Below, one piece after another: positions 18,999-30,548 of a DNA stretch of 64,000 bases. The DNA comes from Candidatus Fervidifonticultor primus. GTDB lineage: Bacteria > Sysuimicrobiota > Sysuimicrobiia > Sysuimicrobiales > Humicultoraceae. Each line of letters opens with the position of its first letter. The first letter of the stretch is position 1. The notes under the pieces are model-generated. The model was not told where the DNA came from. It made no database searches and worked only from the letters and a program-made list of their open reading frames with translations. The stretch lies in assembly GCA_031459855.1 (NCBI GenBank), contig JAVKHP010000001.1, positions 1,993,078 through 2,057,077 of the forward strand, given 5' to 3'. Made by a program: the position numbers and the translations under genes.

Positions 18999-19040
18999 GG
19001 GGACTGGCCTGCCGCGCGGGCGGGACGGGGCGTTCTGCCG

Positions 19041-19403
19041 ATGACGGTGCTGGTCGACTACCTCCCCATTCTCGTGCACCTCGTGCTGGCCGTCGGGCTG
19101 ACGGCGGCCCTGCTTGGGGCCCACGCGCTGCTGGGCGGCCGCCGCCCGACGCCGGCGAAGGTCGAGCCCTACGAGTCGGGGATGTGGGCGATCGGGACCG
19201 CGCGGGAGCGCGTGCCCATCCGGTACTACCTGATCGCGATGCTGTTCATCCTGTTCGACCTGGAGATCGTCTTCCTGTTCCCCTGGGCCGTGGTTTTCCG
19301 CCGGCTGGGCGTCTTCGGCTTGGTGGAGATGCTGGTGTTCGTCGGCGTGCTGGGCCTGGGGCTCCTCTACGCCTGGAAGCGGCAGGCGCTGGAATGGCAG
19401 TGA
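19041..19403 (+). CDS. nuoA: NADH-quinone oxidoreductase subunit A
   Basis: 120 aa; ...YESGMWAIG...[21 protein letters not shown]... NuoA signature. Confidence 0.9.
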   Translation: MTVLVDYLPILVHLVLAVGLTAALLGAHALLGGRRPTPAKVEPYESGMWAIGTARERVPIRYYLIAMLFILFDLEIVFLFPWAVVFRRLGVFGLVEMLVFVGVLGLGLLYAWKRQALEWQ

Positions 19404-19888
19404 CCACCGTCGAGCCCGCCGAGGTCCGCGAGGTCGAGCGGCGCGTGTTGACCACCACCGTGGAGAAGATGGTGGCGTGGGCGCGCTCGGGCAGCATCTG
19501 GCCAGCGCAGTTCGGCCTGGCGTGCTGCGCCATCGAGATGATGGCCAGCGCCGGGGCGCGCTTCGACATCGCGCGCTTCGGCAGCGAGCTGTTCCGCGCC
19601 TCGCCCCGCCAGGCCGACCTGCTGATCGTCTCGGGCCGCGTCTCCCAGAAGATGGCGCCTGTGCTGCGTCACATCTACGACCAGATGCTGGAACCCAAGT
19701 GGGTCATCGCCATGGGCGACTGCGCCTCGTGCGGCGGGGTGTTCAACAACTACGCGCTGGTCCAGGGGGTCGACAAGATCGTGCCGGTCGACGTCTACGT
19801 GGCCGGGTGCCCGCCGCGACCCGAGGCGCTGCTCTACGGCGTGTTGAAGCTCCGGGAGAAGATCGCCGCCGGCGGAGGCCGTCGCTGA
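19394..19888 (+). CDS. nuoB: NADH-quinone oxidoreductase subunit B
   Basis: ...[15 protein letters not shown]...[10 protein letters not shown]...[12 protein letters not shown]...GCPPRPEA... Fe-S motifs. Confidence 0.95.
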   Translation: MAVTTVEPAEVREVERRVLTTTVEKMVAWARSGSIWPAQFGLACCAIEMMASAGARFDIARFGSELFRASPRQADLLIVSGRVSQKMAPVLRHIYDQMLEPKWVIAMGDCASCGGVFNNYALVQGVDKIVPVDVYVAGCPPRPEALLYGVLKLREKIAAGGGRR

Positions 19889-20409
19889 TGGACGCCGGGG
19901 CGCTGGCGGCCCGGGTGCAGGCGCACCTGGGAGGCGAGCTGGAGCGCGTCGAGTTCCGCGGGGAGGTCACGGTGGTCGTGCCGGCCGACCGCGTGCTGGA
20001 CGCGCTCGAGGCGGTGCGAACCGCACCCGGCGGTCCGTGGATGCTCACGGATCTCACGGCGGTGGACCGCCATCCGGCCGAGCCGCGGTTCGAGGTGGTC
20101 TACCTGCTGGCCGGGCTGCAGCCGCCGGTGCGGTTGCGCCTCAAGGCGCGGCTGCCGGGCGCCCGGCCGGTGATCGCCAGCGCCACCGGGCTGTGGCCCG
20201 GCGCCAACTGGCTGGAACGCGAGGTCTACGACCTGTTCGGGATCCGCTTCGAGGGCCACCCGCACCTGACGCGGATCCTGTTGCCGGACGACTGGGAGGG
20301 ACACCCGCTGCGCAAGGACTACCCGCTGACCGAGGAGCCGGTGCAGTTCATCGGGCACGTCCCCAAGGTCCCCAGCGCGATCATTCCCACGTCGCCGCCG
20401 CGGCCCTAG
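19888..20409 (+). CDS. nuoC: NADH-quinone oxidoreductase subunit C
   Basis: ...[42 protein letters not shown]...; ATG overlaps nuoB stop (TGATG). Confidence 0.9.
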   Translation: MDAGALAARVQAHLGGELERVEFRGEVTVVVPADRVLDALEAVRTAPGGPWMLTDLTAVDRHPAEPRFEVVYLLAGLQPPVRLRLKARLPGARPVIASATGLWPGANWLEREVYDLFGIRFEGHPHLTRILLPDDWEGHPLRKDYPLTEEPVQFIGHVPKVPSAIIPTSPPRP

Positions 20410-20468
20410 CCGCGGACGCGTCCCGGCACCCGCAGGACGGGCGCGGGCGCGCGGGCGGGTGAGCGAGC

Positions 20469-21647
20469 ATGACAACGCGCCAGACCGAGACGCTGACCAT
20501 CAACGTGGGACCGCAGCACCCCGCCACCCACGGGGTGTTGCGGGTGGTGCTGGACCTCGAGGGCGAGGTGATCGTCGGCTGCCGGCCGGTGATCGGCTAC
20601 CTCCACACCGGCTTCGAGAAGACCATGGAGCACCGCACCTACCATCAGAACATCGTCTTCCCGGCGCGCATCGAGTACCTCGCCACCTTCATCGAGGAGT
20701 GCGCCTACGTGCTGGCCGTGGAGAAGCTGATGGGGATCACGCCGCCGGAGCGGGCGCAGGTGGCCCGGGTGATCCTCATGGAGCTCTCGCGCATCGCCAG
20801 CCACCTGGTCTGGCTGGGCACCAGCGTGCTGGAACTCAACGTCACCAGCGGGTTCTTCTACTGCTTCCAGGCCCGTGAGCCGATCCTCGACCTGTTCGAG
20901 ATGGTCTCCGGCCAGCGCATGATGCACGGCTACATCCGCATCGGCGGGCTGGCCTGGGACCTGCCCGAGGGCTTCGTCCCGCGGGTCCGGCAGGTGATGG
21001 AGCACCTGCCCCGCCAGCTGGACGACCTGGAGGCCATGCTCACCGACAACCTGATCTGGCGGCGGCGCACCGAGGGCGTGGGGGTGCTGTCGGCGGCCGA
21101 CGCGCTCCGCTTGGGGTGCACGGGCCCGCTGCTGCGCGGCTCGGGCGTCGCCTACGACGTGCGCAAAGCGTTTCCGTACAGCGGCTACGAGCAGTACGCG
21201 TTCGACGTCCCGGTGGGCACCGCCGGCGACTCGTTCGAGCGGTACCGGCTGCGCATGGAGGAGATGCGTCAGGCGCGCCGCATCGTCCTCCAGGCCCTCG
21301 AGCGGCTGCCCGGGGGCCCGTGGATCGTCGACGACCGCAAGGTGGCCCTGCCCCCGCGGTCGGAGCTCGTCCGCAGCATGGAGGCGGTGATCCACCAGTT
21401 CAAACTGGTGAGCGAGGGCCTGCACCCGCCGGCGGGCGAGGTGTACCACGCGGTGGAGTCCCCGCGCGGCGAGAAAGGGTACTATCTGGTGAGCGACGGT
21501 AGCAACCGGCCGGTGCGGGTCCGGGTGCGCTCGGCGTCGTTCAACAACCTCCAGGCGCTGCCCGTCATGCTCCAGGGACACACCATGGCCGACGTCGTGG
21601 TGGTGATCGCCACCATCGATCCCGTCCTGGGGGACGTGGACCGATGA
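20469..21647 (+). CDS. nuoD: NADH-quinone oxidoreductase subunit D
   Basis: 392 aa; ...NVGPQHPATHGVLR..., ...ESPRGEKGYYLVSDGSNRP... Confidence 0.95.
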   Translation: MTTRQTETLTINVGPQHPATHGVLRVVLDLEGEVIVGCRPVIGYLHTGFEKTMEHRTYHQNIVFPARIEYLATFIEECAYVLAVEKLMGITPPERAQVARVILMELSRIASHLVWLGTSVLELNVTSGFFYCFQAREPILDLFEMVSGQRMMHGYIRIGGLAWDLPEGFVPRVRQVMEHLPRQLDDLEAMLTDNLIWRRRTEGVGVLSAADALRLGCTGPLLRGSGVAYDVRKAFPYSGYEQYAFDVPVGTAGDSFERYRLRMEEMRQARRIVLQALERLPGGPWIVDDRKVALPPRSELVRSMEAVIHQFKLVSEGLHPPAGEVYHAVESPRGEKGYYLVSDGSNRPVRVRVRSASFNNLQALPVMLQGHTMADVVVVIATIDPVLGDVDR

Positions 21648-21672
21648 GCGGCGCCCCGCAGGCCCAGGCGGC

Positions 21673-22221
21673 ATGCGGCCGCGCGGCAGGGACGTCGGCG
21701 AGGATGCGATGCCGGTGAGCGTCCCACCTGCGGCTGCCGCCCGCGCCGACCGGCGACCGCTCAGCGAAGCCGCCCGCCAGGAGATCCGGCAGCTGGCGGC
21801 CCGGTACGAGCACCGGCAGTCGGCGCTGCTGCCGGCGCTCTTCGTGGCCCAGGCGGAGTACGGGTGGCTGCCGCCCGAGGCACTGGAGGGCGTGGCGCAG
21901 ACGCTGGACCTGCCGCTGGCCGAGGTCGTGTCGGTGGCGTCGTTCTACCACCTCTTCTACCTCGCGCCCGTCGGCCGGCACGTCGTCCAGGTGTGCACCA
22001 ACGTCTCGTGCATGCTGGCAGGGTGCGGGGCGGTGGTGGCGCGCCTGCGCGAGCGGCTGGGCGTGGGCCCCGGGAGCACCACGCCCGACGGGCGGTTCAC
22101 GTGGCGGACGGCGGAGTGCCTCGCCGCCTGCGACGAGGCGCCGGTGGTGCTCGTGGACGAGGACCGCTGGCCGCGTGTGCAGCCCGAGGCCGTGGACGAC
22201 CTGCTGGCGCGCTACCCGTGA
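21673..22221 (+). CDS. nuoE: NADH-quinone oxidoreductase subunit E
   Basis: ...VCTNVSCMLAGCGAVV... and ...AECLAACDEAPV... 2Fe-2S motifs; internal ATG at 21709 is an alternative start. Confidence 0.9.
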   Translation: MRPRGRDVGEDAMPVSVPPAAAARADRRPLSEAARQEIRQLAARYEHRQSALLPALFVAQAEYGWLPPEALEGVAQTLDLPLAEVVSVASFYHLFYLAPVGRHVVQVCTNVSCMLAGCGAVVARLRERLGVGPGSTTPDGRFTWRTAECLAACDEAPVVLVDEDRWPRVQPEAVDDLLARYP

Positions 22222-22230
22222 GGCGTCCCG

Positions 22231-23514
22231 ATGCCTGAGTCCATCCTGTTGAAGTGGACGCGCGACGGCGGGGTGCACGACCTGACGGCCTACTGCCGGG
22301 CCGGCGGGTACGCGGCGGCCCGGCGCGTGGCCACGGGCGAGCTGCCGCCGGAGTCGGTGATCGACCTGCTGGTGCAGTCGGGGCTGCGGGGCAAGGGCGG
22401 GGCAGGCTTCCCCACGGGCCAGAAGTGGAAGTTCATCCCCCGCAGCGCCCCGATCAAGTACGTGGTGGTGAACGCCGACGAGGGCGAGCCCGGCACCTTC
22501 AAGGACCGGACGCTCCTGGAAGGCTGCCCGCACCTGCTGATCGAGGGCATCATCATCGCTGCGGTGACCGTGGGGGCCCGCAAGGCGTACGTCTACCTGC
22601 GCCGGGAGTTCCACCGGGCGCGCCGGCTGCTGGAGCAGGCGGTGGCCCAGGCCCGGGCCGCGGGCTTCGTCGGCGAGCGCATCTTCGGGGGCGAGCACAC
22701 CGTGGAGATCGTGGTGCACACCGGCGCCGGTGCCTACATCGCCGGGGAGGAGTCGGCGCTGCTCGAGTCGCTGGAGGGCCGCCGCGCGCTGCCGCGGCTG
22801 CGCCCGCCGTTCCCGGCGCAGGCCGGGCTCTACCAGCAGCCGACGCTGGTGAACAACGTGGAGACCCTCTGTCACGTGCCCGCGATCCTCACGCTGGGCC
22901 CCGAGCGCTACCGCGAGCTGGGCCCGCCCGCGCTGTTCTCCATCAGCGGCCACGTGACCCGCCCCGGGGTCTACGAGCTGCCGCTGGGTACGCCGCTGCG
23001 CGCGATGATCTTCGAGCACGCCGGCGGCCTGCGGCCCGGCCGTCGCGTCCAGGCGGTGTTTCCGGGCGGCTCGTCGTCGATGCTGCTGACCGCCGACCAG
23101 CTGGACGTGCCCATGGACTACGACAGCCTGCGCGCGGTGGGCTCGATGCTGGGGTCGGCGGCGGTGATCGTCATCGACGACTCCGCCGACATCGTCGAGG
23201 TCATCGCCCGCGTCGTCGAGTTCTACCGCGACGAGTCCTGCGGCAAGTGCACGCCCTGCCGCGAGGGCACCGTGTGGATCACCCAGGTGTTCGACCGCCT
23301 GCTGGGCGGCCGGGGCCGCCCCGCAGACCTGGACCTCCTGGAGGGGATCGCCCGGGGCATGACCGGCACGTGTTTCTGCCCCCTGGGCGAGAGCGTGCCG
23401 CCGAGCCTGGTGGCGTCGCTACGCCACTTCCGCCATGCCTACGAGCGCCACATCGCGCGGGCCGGCGCCGGGGTCGCGGCACCGCCCGCTGCAGGAGCTG
23501 CCCATGGCCACTAG
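22231..23514 (+). CDS. nuoF: NADH-quinone oxidoreductase subunit F
   Basis: ...GLRGKGGAGFPTGQKWKF..., ...VVNADEGEPGTFKDR..., ...ESCGKCTPCREG... Confidence 0.95.
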   Translation: MPESILLKWTRDGGVHDLTAYCRAGGYAAARRVATGELPPESVIDLLVQSGLRGKGGAGFPTGQKWKFIPRSAPIKYVVVNADEGEPGTFKDRTLLEGCPHLLIEGIIIAAVTVGARKAYVYLRREFHRARRLLEQAVAQARAAGFVGERIFGGEHTVEIVVHTGAGAYIAGEESALLESLEGRRALPRLRPPFPAQAGLYQQPTLVNNVETLCHVPAILTLGPERYRELGPPALFSISGHVTRPGVYELPLGTPLRAMIFEHAGGLRPGRRVQAVFPGGSSSMLLTADQLDVPMDYDSLRAVGSMLGSAAVIVIDDSADIVEVIARVVEFYRDESCGKCTPCREGTVWITQVFDRLLGGRGRPADLDLLEGIARGMTGTCFCPLGESVPPSLVASLRHFRHAYERHIARAGAGVAAPPAAGAAHGH

Positions 23515-25933
23515 CCCGCCCGAGACCGTGACCCTCACCATCGACGGGCGGACCGTCACCGTGCCCAAGGGCACCACCGTCTACCAGGCGGCGCGCGCCG
23601 CGGGGATCGAGATCCCCATCTTCTGCTATCACGACCGGATGCCCCCGCTGGGGGCCTGCCGCATGTGCCTGGTGAAGGTCGAGAAGATGCCCAAGTTGCA
23701 GACCTCGTGCACGCTGCCCGCGGCCGAGGGCATGGTGGTGGACACCCGCGCGCCGGAGGTGCGGGCCGGGCAGGAGGCCATCCTGGAGTTCCTCCTGATC
23801 AACCACCCGCTGGACTGCCCCGTCTGCGACAAGGGCGGCGAGTGCCCGCTGCAGGATCAGACGCTGCGGTGGGGGCCCGGCCGCAGCCGCTTCGTGGAGG
23901 CCAAGCGCGACTTCGCCAAGCCGGTGGCGCTGGGGCCCGTGCTCGTGCTGGACCGCGAGCGGTGCATCCTGTGCTGGCGGTGCGTCCGGTTCGGCGAACT
24001 GGTCGCCGGCGACCACGCCCTGAAGGGCTTCGCCCGCGGGTTCTCCAGCGAGATCAACACCCCGTTCGCGCTCCCGGTCGAGTCCAAGTTCATCGGGAAC
24101 ACCATCGCCATCTGTCCCGTCGGCGCCCTGACCAGCCGGACCTACCGCTTTCGGGCCCGGCCATGGGACAACCGGCCGGTGGCGTCCACCTGCACGCACT
24201 GCGGGCTGGGCTGCGCGATCTGGCTGGACGTGCGGGGCGACGAGGTGGTGCGCACCCGCGCCCGCGAGCTGGCAGCGATCAACGACATCTGGCTGTGCGA
24301 CCTGGGCTTCTTCGGCCACGACTACGTGGGCGCTCCCGACCGGCTGCGCGCGCCGCTCGTGCGGCGCCACGGGCGGCTCGAGGAGGCCACCTGGGATGAG
24401 GCCCTGGACCTGGTGAGCGCTCGCCTGGCCGACGCCCGCGCCCGCGCGCCCGGGCGCGTGGCGTTCCTGGGCGGCCGGCGCCTGGCCAACGAGGACGTCG
24501 TGCTGGCCGCGGCGCTCTTCCGCGAGGTCGTGGGGACCCCGCACCTCGACCACCGCACCGACGTGCCCGCGGGCAGCCCCAGCCTGGAGGTCGCCTGGGG
24601 CCTGCGGGCGCCGATCGACGAGATCGCGCGCGGCGACGTGTTCGTGCTGGTCGGCTGCGACCTCACCGAGGAGTACCCGGTGCTGTGGCTGCGCCTGAAG
24701 CCGGCGATCGACCGCGGCGCGCGGCTCGTCGTGGTGCACGCCCGGCGGCCCGAGATCGCCCGCTGGGCCCAGTGGACGATCGTGCGTCCCTACGACCGCC
24801 TCGCCCAGGCGGTCATGGAGCTGCGCGCGGCCACGTCCGCTGCCCGGGACGGCCGCGCGACCGCGCTGGCCGCGACGCTCGACCGCGACGCCACGGCGAT
24901 CGCCGCCGCCGGCAGCGCGGTGGCCGCCGGTGGGCGCGTGCACGTCTTCCTGGGCCGCCTTGCCCTCGACGGACCGTCGGGCCGGCCGATCCTGCGCGCT
25001 GCGGCCGATCTGGCGGCGCGGGTCGGCGGCGTGGTGCACGTGCTGCGCGGCCGCGGCAACGACATCGGCGCGCAGCGCCTGGGGCTGCTGCCCGGTGACG
25101 GCGGCTGGACCGCCCCGGAGATCCTGCAGCGCGCGGGAGCGGGCGAGGTGGACGTGCTGTACGTCGCCGGCGCCGATCCCGCCACCGATGCCGCCGATGC
25201 CACCGCCTGGACGTCGGCCCGTGCCGGCGCGCGCTTCGTGGTGGTGCACGACGCGTTCCTCTCGCCGACCGCCGAGACCGCCGACGTGGTGCTGCCGGCG
25301 CTGGTGCTCCCAGAACGCGACGGCACGGTGATGAACCTGGAAGGACGGGTGCTGTCGCTGCGGGCCGCCGTGGTCGGACCCGGGCAGGCGCGGGCGGACG
25401 CCGAGATCTTCGCCCGGCTGGCCGAGCGCCTGGGCGCCGTGCTGGCGCCCGCCGTGCCCGACGAGTTGCTGGCGCGGATGCGCCGGCTGGTGCCCGGGCT
25501 TGCACTGGACGCCGTGGCCCCGATCGAGCCGGTGCGGATGCCTCCGCCCCTGCCCGCTGGCGAGCCCACCGGCACCGGTCCCGGCGGCGACGGGTGGCTC
25601 GTGCTTCCCGTCGACGCGCTGTTCACCCGGGGCACGATGACCGGCCGCTGCCCGGGTATCGCCGGGCTGGCCGGGCCCCCGCGGTGTGTCGTCCATCCCG
25701 ACGACGCGGTCCGCCTGGGGCTGGTCGACGGCGCGCTGGTGGAAGTGGCCACGGACGCGGGTGCGGTGGTGTTGCAGGCGCGGATCAGCGACGAGACGCC
25801 GTCCGGGCAGGTCCTGGTGCCACGGCGGGCCGAAGGCACGCCCGTGGGTCGGCTCGTGCGCTGGCCCCAGATCGCCGCCCGGGGCACGGTGCGGGTGCTG
25901 CTGCCGGCCGCCGCCGCAGGAGGCGGCACATGA
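23504..25933 (+). CDS. nuoG: NADH-quinone oxidoreductase subunit G
   Basis: ...FCYHDRMPPLGACRMCLV..., ...HPLDCPVCDKGGECPLQD...; internal ATG with GGAG upstream, overlaps nuoF end. Confidence 0.95.
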   Translation: MATSPPETVTLTIDGRTVTVPKGTTVYQAARAAGIEIPIFCYHDRMPPLGACRMCLVKVEKMPKLQTSCTLPAAEGMVVDTRAPEVRAGQEAILEFLLINHPLDCPVCDKGGECPLQDQTLRWGPGRSRFVEAKRDFAKPVALGPVLVLDRERCILCWRCVRFGELVAGDHALKGFARGFSSEINTPFALPVESKFIGNTIAICPVGALTSRTYRFRARPWDNRPVASTCTHCGLGCAIWLDVRGDEVVRTRARELAAINDIWLCDLGFFGHDYVGAPDRLRAPLVRRHGRLEEATWDEALDLVSARLADARARAPGRVAFLGGRRLANEDVVLAAALFREVVGTPHLDHRTDVPAGSPSLEVAWGLRAPIDEIARGDVFVLVGCDLTEEYPVLWLRLKPAIDRGARLVVVHARRPEIARWAQWTIVRPYDRLAQAVMELRAATSAARDGRATALAATLDRDATAIAAAGSAVAAGGRVHVFLGRLALDGPSGRPILRAAADLAARVGGVVHVLRGRGNDIGAQRLGLLPGDGGWTAPEILQRAGAGEVDVLYVAGADPATDAADATAWTSARAGARFVVVHDAFLSPTAETADVVLPALVLPERDGTVMNLEGRVLSLRAAVVGPGQARADAEIFARLAERLGAVLAPAVPDELLARMRRLVPGLALDAVAPIEPVRMPPPLPAGEPTGTGPGGDGWLVLPVDALFTRGTMTGRCPGIAGLAGPPRCVVHPDDAVRLGLVDGALVEVATDAGAVVLQARISDETPSGQVLVPRRAEGTPVGRLVRWPQIAARGTVRVLLPAAAAGGGT

Positions 25934-25976
25934 CCCCGCCTGCCCTGCGGTCCGCGTCGGGACGCGGGAGGCGGCC

Positions 25977-26963
25977 GTGACGGGCGCGGTCGCAGCCGCG
26001 GCAGCCAAGAGCGTGGTGCTGCTGGCGTTGCTGCTCACCGCCTGCGCCTACATGACGCTGCTCGAGCGCCGCCTGCTGGCGAAGTTCCAGCTGCGCTACG
26101 GGCCCAACCGGGTCGGTCCCTTCGGCCTGCTCCAGCCCCTGGCCGACGGGATCAAGCTGCTCTTCAAGGAGAGCTTCGTCCCGGCCCGGGCCGACGTGCT
26201 GGTGTACTGGGCGGCGCCGGCGATCTCGATGACCGCCGCGCTGTTCGTGTACGCGGTGCTGCCGCTGGGGCCCGAGATCACGGTGGCCGGGCAGCGGATT
26301 CCCCTCTACCTGGCCGACGTGAACGTGGGCATCCTGCTGGTGCTGGCCGCGTCCTCGATCGGCGTCTACGGCATCATCCTGGGCGGCTGGGCGGCCGACA
26401 ACAAGTACGCGCTGCTGGGCAGCCTGCGCTCCAGCGCGCAGCTCATCAGCTACGAGCTGGCCATCGGGCTCGCGGTGGTGTCGGTGGTCCTGACCGCCGG
26501 CACGCTCAGCCTGGTGGAGATCGTGGAGGCCCAGGCACGGACGTGGTTCGTGGTGCTGCAACCGGTGGGGTTCCTGCTCTTCCTCGTCGGCGCCGTGGCC
26601 GAGACCAACCGCGCGCCGTTCGACCTCCCCGAGGCCGAGCAGGAGCTCATCGCCGGGTTCCAGACCGAGTACGGTGGCTTCAAGTTCGCGATGTTCTACA
26701 TCGGCGAGTACGTCGGCATCGTCACCATGAGCCTGCTGGCCACGACCCTCTTCTTCGGCGGGTGGCACGGGCCGCTGCTGCCCGGGCCGGTGTGGGTCGC
26801 CCTGAAGACCTTGCTGTTCGCGGCGTTCTTCATCTGGCTGCGGGCGGCGGTGCCGCGCGTGCGGCACGACCAGCTGATGGCGCTGGGGTGGAAGGTCCTG
26901 GTGCCCGTGGGGCTGATCAACGTGGTGGTCACGGCGACGCTCGTGGCGCTGCGCGGAGGCTAG
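25977..26963 (+). CDS. nuoH: NADH-quinone oxidoreductase subunit H
   Basis: ...LERRLLAKFQLRYGPNRVGPFGLLQPLADGIKL...; GTG with GGGAGG 7 nt upstream. Confidence 0.95.
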   Translation: MTGAVAAAAAKSVVLLALLLTACAYMTLLERRLLAKFQLRYGPNRVGPFGLLQPLADGIKLLFKESFVPARADVLVYWAAPAISMTAALFVYAVLPLGPEITVAGQRIPLYLADVNVGILLVLAASSIGVYGIILGGWAADNKYALLGSLRSSAQLISYELAIGLAVVSVVLTAGTLSLVEIVEAQARTWFVVLQPVGFLLFLVGAVAETNRAPFDLPEAEQELIAGFQTEYGGFKFAMFYIGEYVGIVTMSLLATTLFFGGWHGPLLPGPVWVALKTLLFAAFFIWLRAAVPRVRHDQLMALGWKVLVPVGLINVVVTATLVALRGG

Positions 26964-27027
26964 GCCGCTGGCGGGGCAGTGGTCGGTGCGCAGCGGGGAA
27001 GAGGCCGCAGGCATCGCCTCCACGGTC

Positions 27028-27129
27028 GGGGGGATCTGGTCCGTGGCCTGGGGGATCCTGCCCGGGGCCGGGGGAATCCTGCGCCCGGCCGGGCAGGGCC
27101 TGGCGCGCGGCGGAGGATCCCGACCCTGG
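27028..27129. repeat. Degenerate tandem repeats (about 20-bp unit GGGGGATCCTG..CCGGGCC, 3-4 copies) in the nuoH-nuoI spacer
   Basis: Three adjacent copies at about 27028-27090 and a partial fourth at about 27112-27129 inside a 195-bp spacer. Confidence 0.5.
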
Positions 27130-27158
27130 ATGGCGCAGTGCGCGGTGGGGTGAGTGCG

Positions 27159-27632
27159 ATGGGGCGGCTGTGGCAGCAGACGGCGGCGCTGGTGCGTGGC
27201 TTGCTGGTGGTGGGCCGCTACGCGCTGCGACGCCCCGTCACGACGCAGTACCCCGACGAGAAGACGCGGGTGGAGGCGCGCTTCAAGGGCCGCCACTGGC
27301 TGACCCGCTACGCCGATGGGCTGGAGCGCTGCGTGGGGTGCGAGCTGTGCGTGATCGTCTGCCCTTCGCAGGCGATCTACGTGAAGGCCGCGGAGAACAC
27401 CCCGGAGCACCAGGTGAGCAAGGGCGAGCGCTACGCCGAGGAGTTCCAGATCAACATGCTGCGCTGCATCTTCTGCGGGTTCTGCGAGGAAGCCTGTCCG
27501 ACGGGGGCCATCGTCCTGGGCCACGAGTACGAGCTGGCCGCCTACAGTCGGGAGGCGATGATCTACACCAAGCCCATGCTCACCGAGCCCTACCCCGGGG
27601 CGTCGGGACGCGACCCGCGGAGGGAGGTCTAG
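27159..27632 (+). CDS. nuoI: NADH-quinone oxidoreductase subunit I
   Basis: ...[12 protein letters not shown]... and ...[12 protein letters not shown]... two 4Fe-4S motifs; internal ATG of track ORF 26979..27632. Confidence 0.95.
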   Translation: MGRLWQQTAALVRGLLVVGRYALRRPVTTQYPDEKTRVEARFKGRHWLTRYADGLERCVGCELCVIVCPSQAIYVKAAENTPEHQVSKGERYAEEFQINMLRCIFCGFCEEACPTGAIVLGHEYELAAYSREAMIYTKPMLTEPYPGASGRDPRREV

Positions 27633-27633
27633 C

Positions 27634-28146
27634 GTGGAGTGGGCGGTCTTCCTGGTGGCCGCGGCCCTGGCGCTGGCCGGCGCGGTCGGGGTCGTCGCCG
27701 CCCGGGCGCCGGTGCACAGCGCCCTGGCCCTGCTGGTGGTGCTGGCCGCGCTGGCCGTGACGTACCTGCTGCTGGCCGCCCAGTTCATCGCCGTGCTCCA
27801 GGTCATCGTCTACGCCGGCGCCATCGTCGTGCTGTTCCTGTTCGTGATCATGCTGCTGCACGCGCACTCGGGCGAGGGACCCACCGAGAAGTTGCCGCGC
27901 CAGCGCCGCGCGGCTGCGCTGCTCGCCGCGCTCTACCTGGTGGTGCTCCTGGGGGGGGTGCTGGCGGCGGCCGGTCCGTTCGGACCGCTGCCCGCGGGGT
28001 TCGGCACGGCCCAGCAGGTCGGCGAGGCGCTGTTCCTCACCTACCTGCTGCCCTTCGAACTGGCCTCGGTGCTCCTGCTGGTGGGCATCGTGGCCGCGGT
28101 GGTCCTCGGCCGGCGTCCCGAGGGCCCGTCGGGCGGGACAGGGTGA
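27634..28146 (+). CDS. nuoJ: NADH-quinone oxidoreductase subunit J
   Basis: 170-aa hydrophobic protein, ...[18 protein letters not shown]... NuoJ pattern. Confidence 0.9.
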   Translation: MEWAVFLVAAALALAGAVGVVAARAPVHSALALLVVLAALAVTYLLLAAQFIAVLQVIVYAGAIVVLFLFVIMLLHAHSGEGPTEKLPRQRRAAALLAALYLVVLLGGVLAAAGPFGPLPAGFGTAQQVGEALFLTYLLPFELASVLLLVGIVAAVVLGRRPEGPSGGTG

Positions 28147-28374
28147 GCCGGGTGCACGCGGACATGGGCATCGGGAACGGCGAGACGGCGAGCACGGGCG
28201 GGCCAGGCGCGCCCGCGGCGTGCGGTGCGGGCGTGCGAGGGCCGGGGAGGGCCGTGGCCCGTGCCCAAGCGGTGCGGATGCGGAGGCACCCGCGTGACGC
28301 TCGGGGACCCGGGCGAGAGGCGGTCGGTGTCGATGCCCGCACCGGGCGGCGCGCCGGCGGGGTAGGGGACTGAG

Positions 28375-28677
28375 ATGGTGCCGGCTGGCGCCTACCTGAC
28401 GCTGAGTGCCGCGCTCTTCGTGCTGGGGGCCGCGGGCGTCCTCGTGCGCCGCAACGCCCTCATCGTCTTCATGAGCGTCGAGGTCATGCTGAACGCCGTC
28501 AACCTGGCGTTCGTGACCTTCGCGCGCCAGCACGGCGCGCCCGATGGGCAGGTGGTCGTCTTCTTCGTGCTGGTGGTGGCCGCCGTCGAGGTGGTCGTGG
28601 GGCTGGCGTTGATCGTGAACATCTTCCGTGCCCGCGCCACCGTCGACATCGATGACGTGGACCTGTTGCGCGGGTAG
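28375..28677 (+). CDS. nuoK: NADH-quinone oxidoreductase subunit K
   Basis: 100 aa; ...[21 protein letters not shown]...[15 protein letters not shown]... Confidence 0.9.
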   Translation: MVPAGAYLTLSAALFVLGAAGVLVRRNALIVFMSVEVMLNAVNLAFVTFARQHGAPDGQVVVFFVLVVAAVEVVVGLALIVNIFRARATVDIDDVDLLRG

Positions 28678-28681
28678 GCCC

Positions 28682-30547
<1,866 letters not shown>

Positions 30548-30548
30548 C

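Noticed and set aside
20406-23019. Minus-strand ORFs 20406..21674 and 21565..23019
   Set aside because: Antisense to nuoD/nuoE/nuoF, which carry unmistakable complex I motifs.
23279-27806. 919-aa and 673-aa minus-strand ORFs
   Set aside because: Antisense shadows across nuoG/nuoH/nuoI; extreme Arg/Gly/Pro bias.
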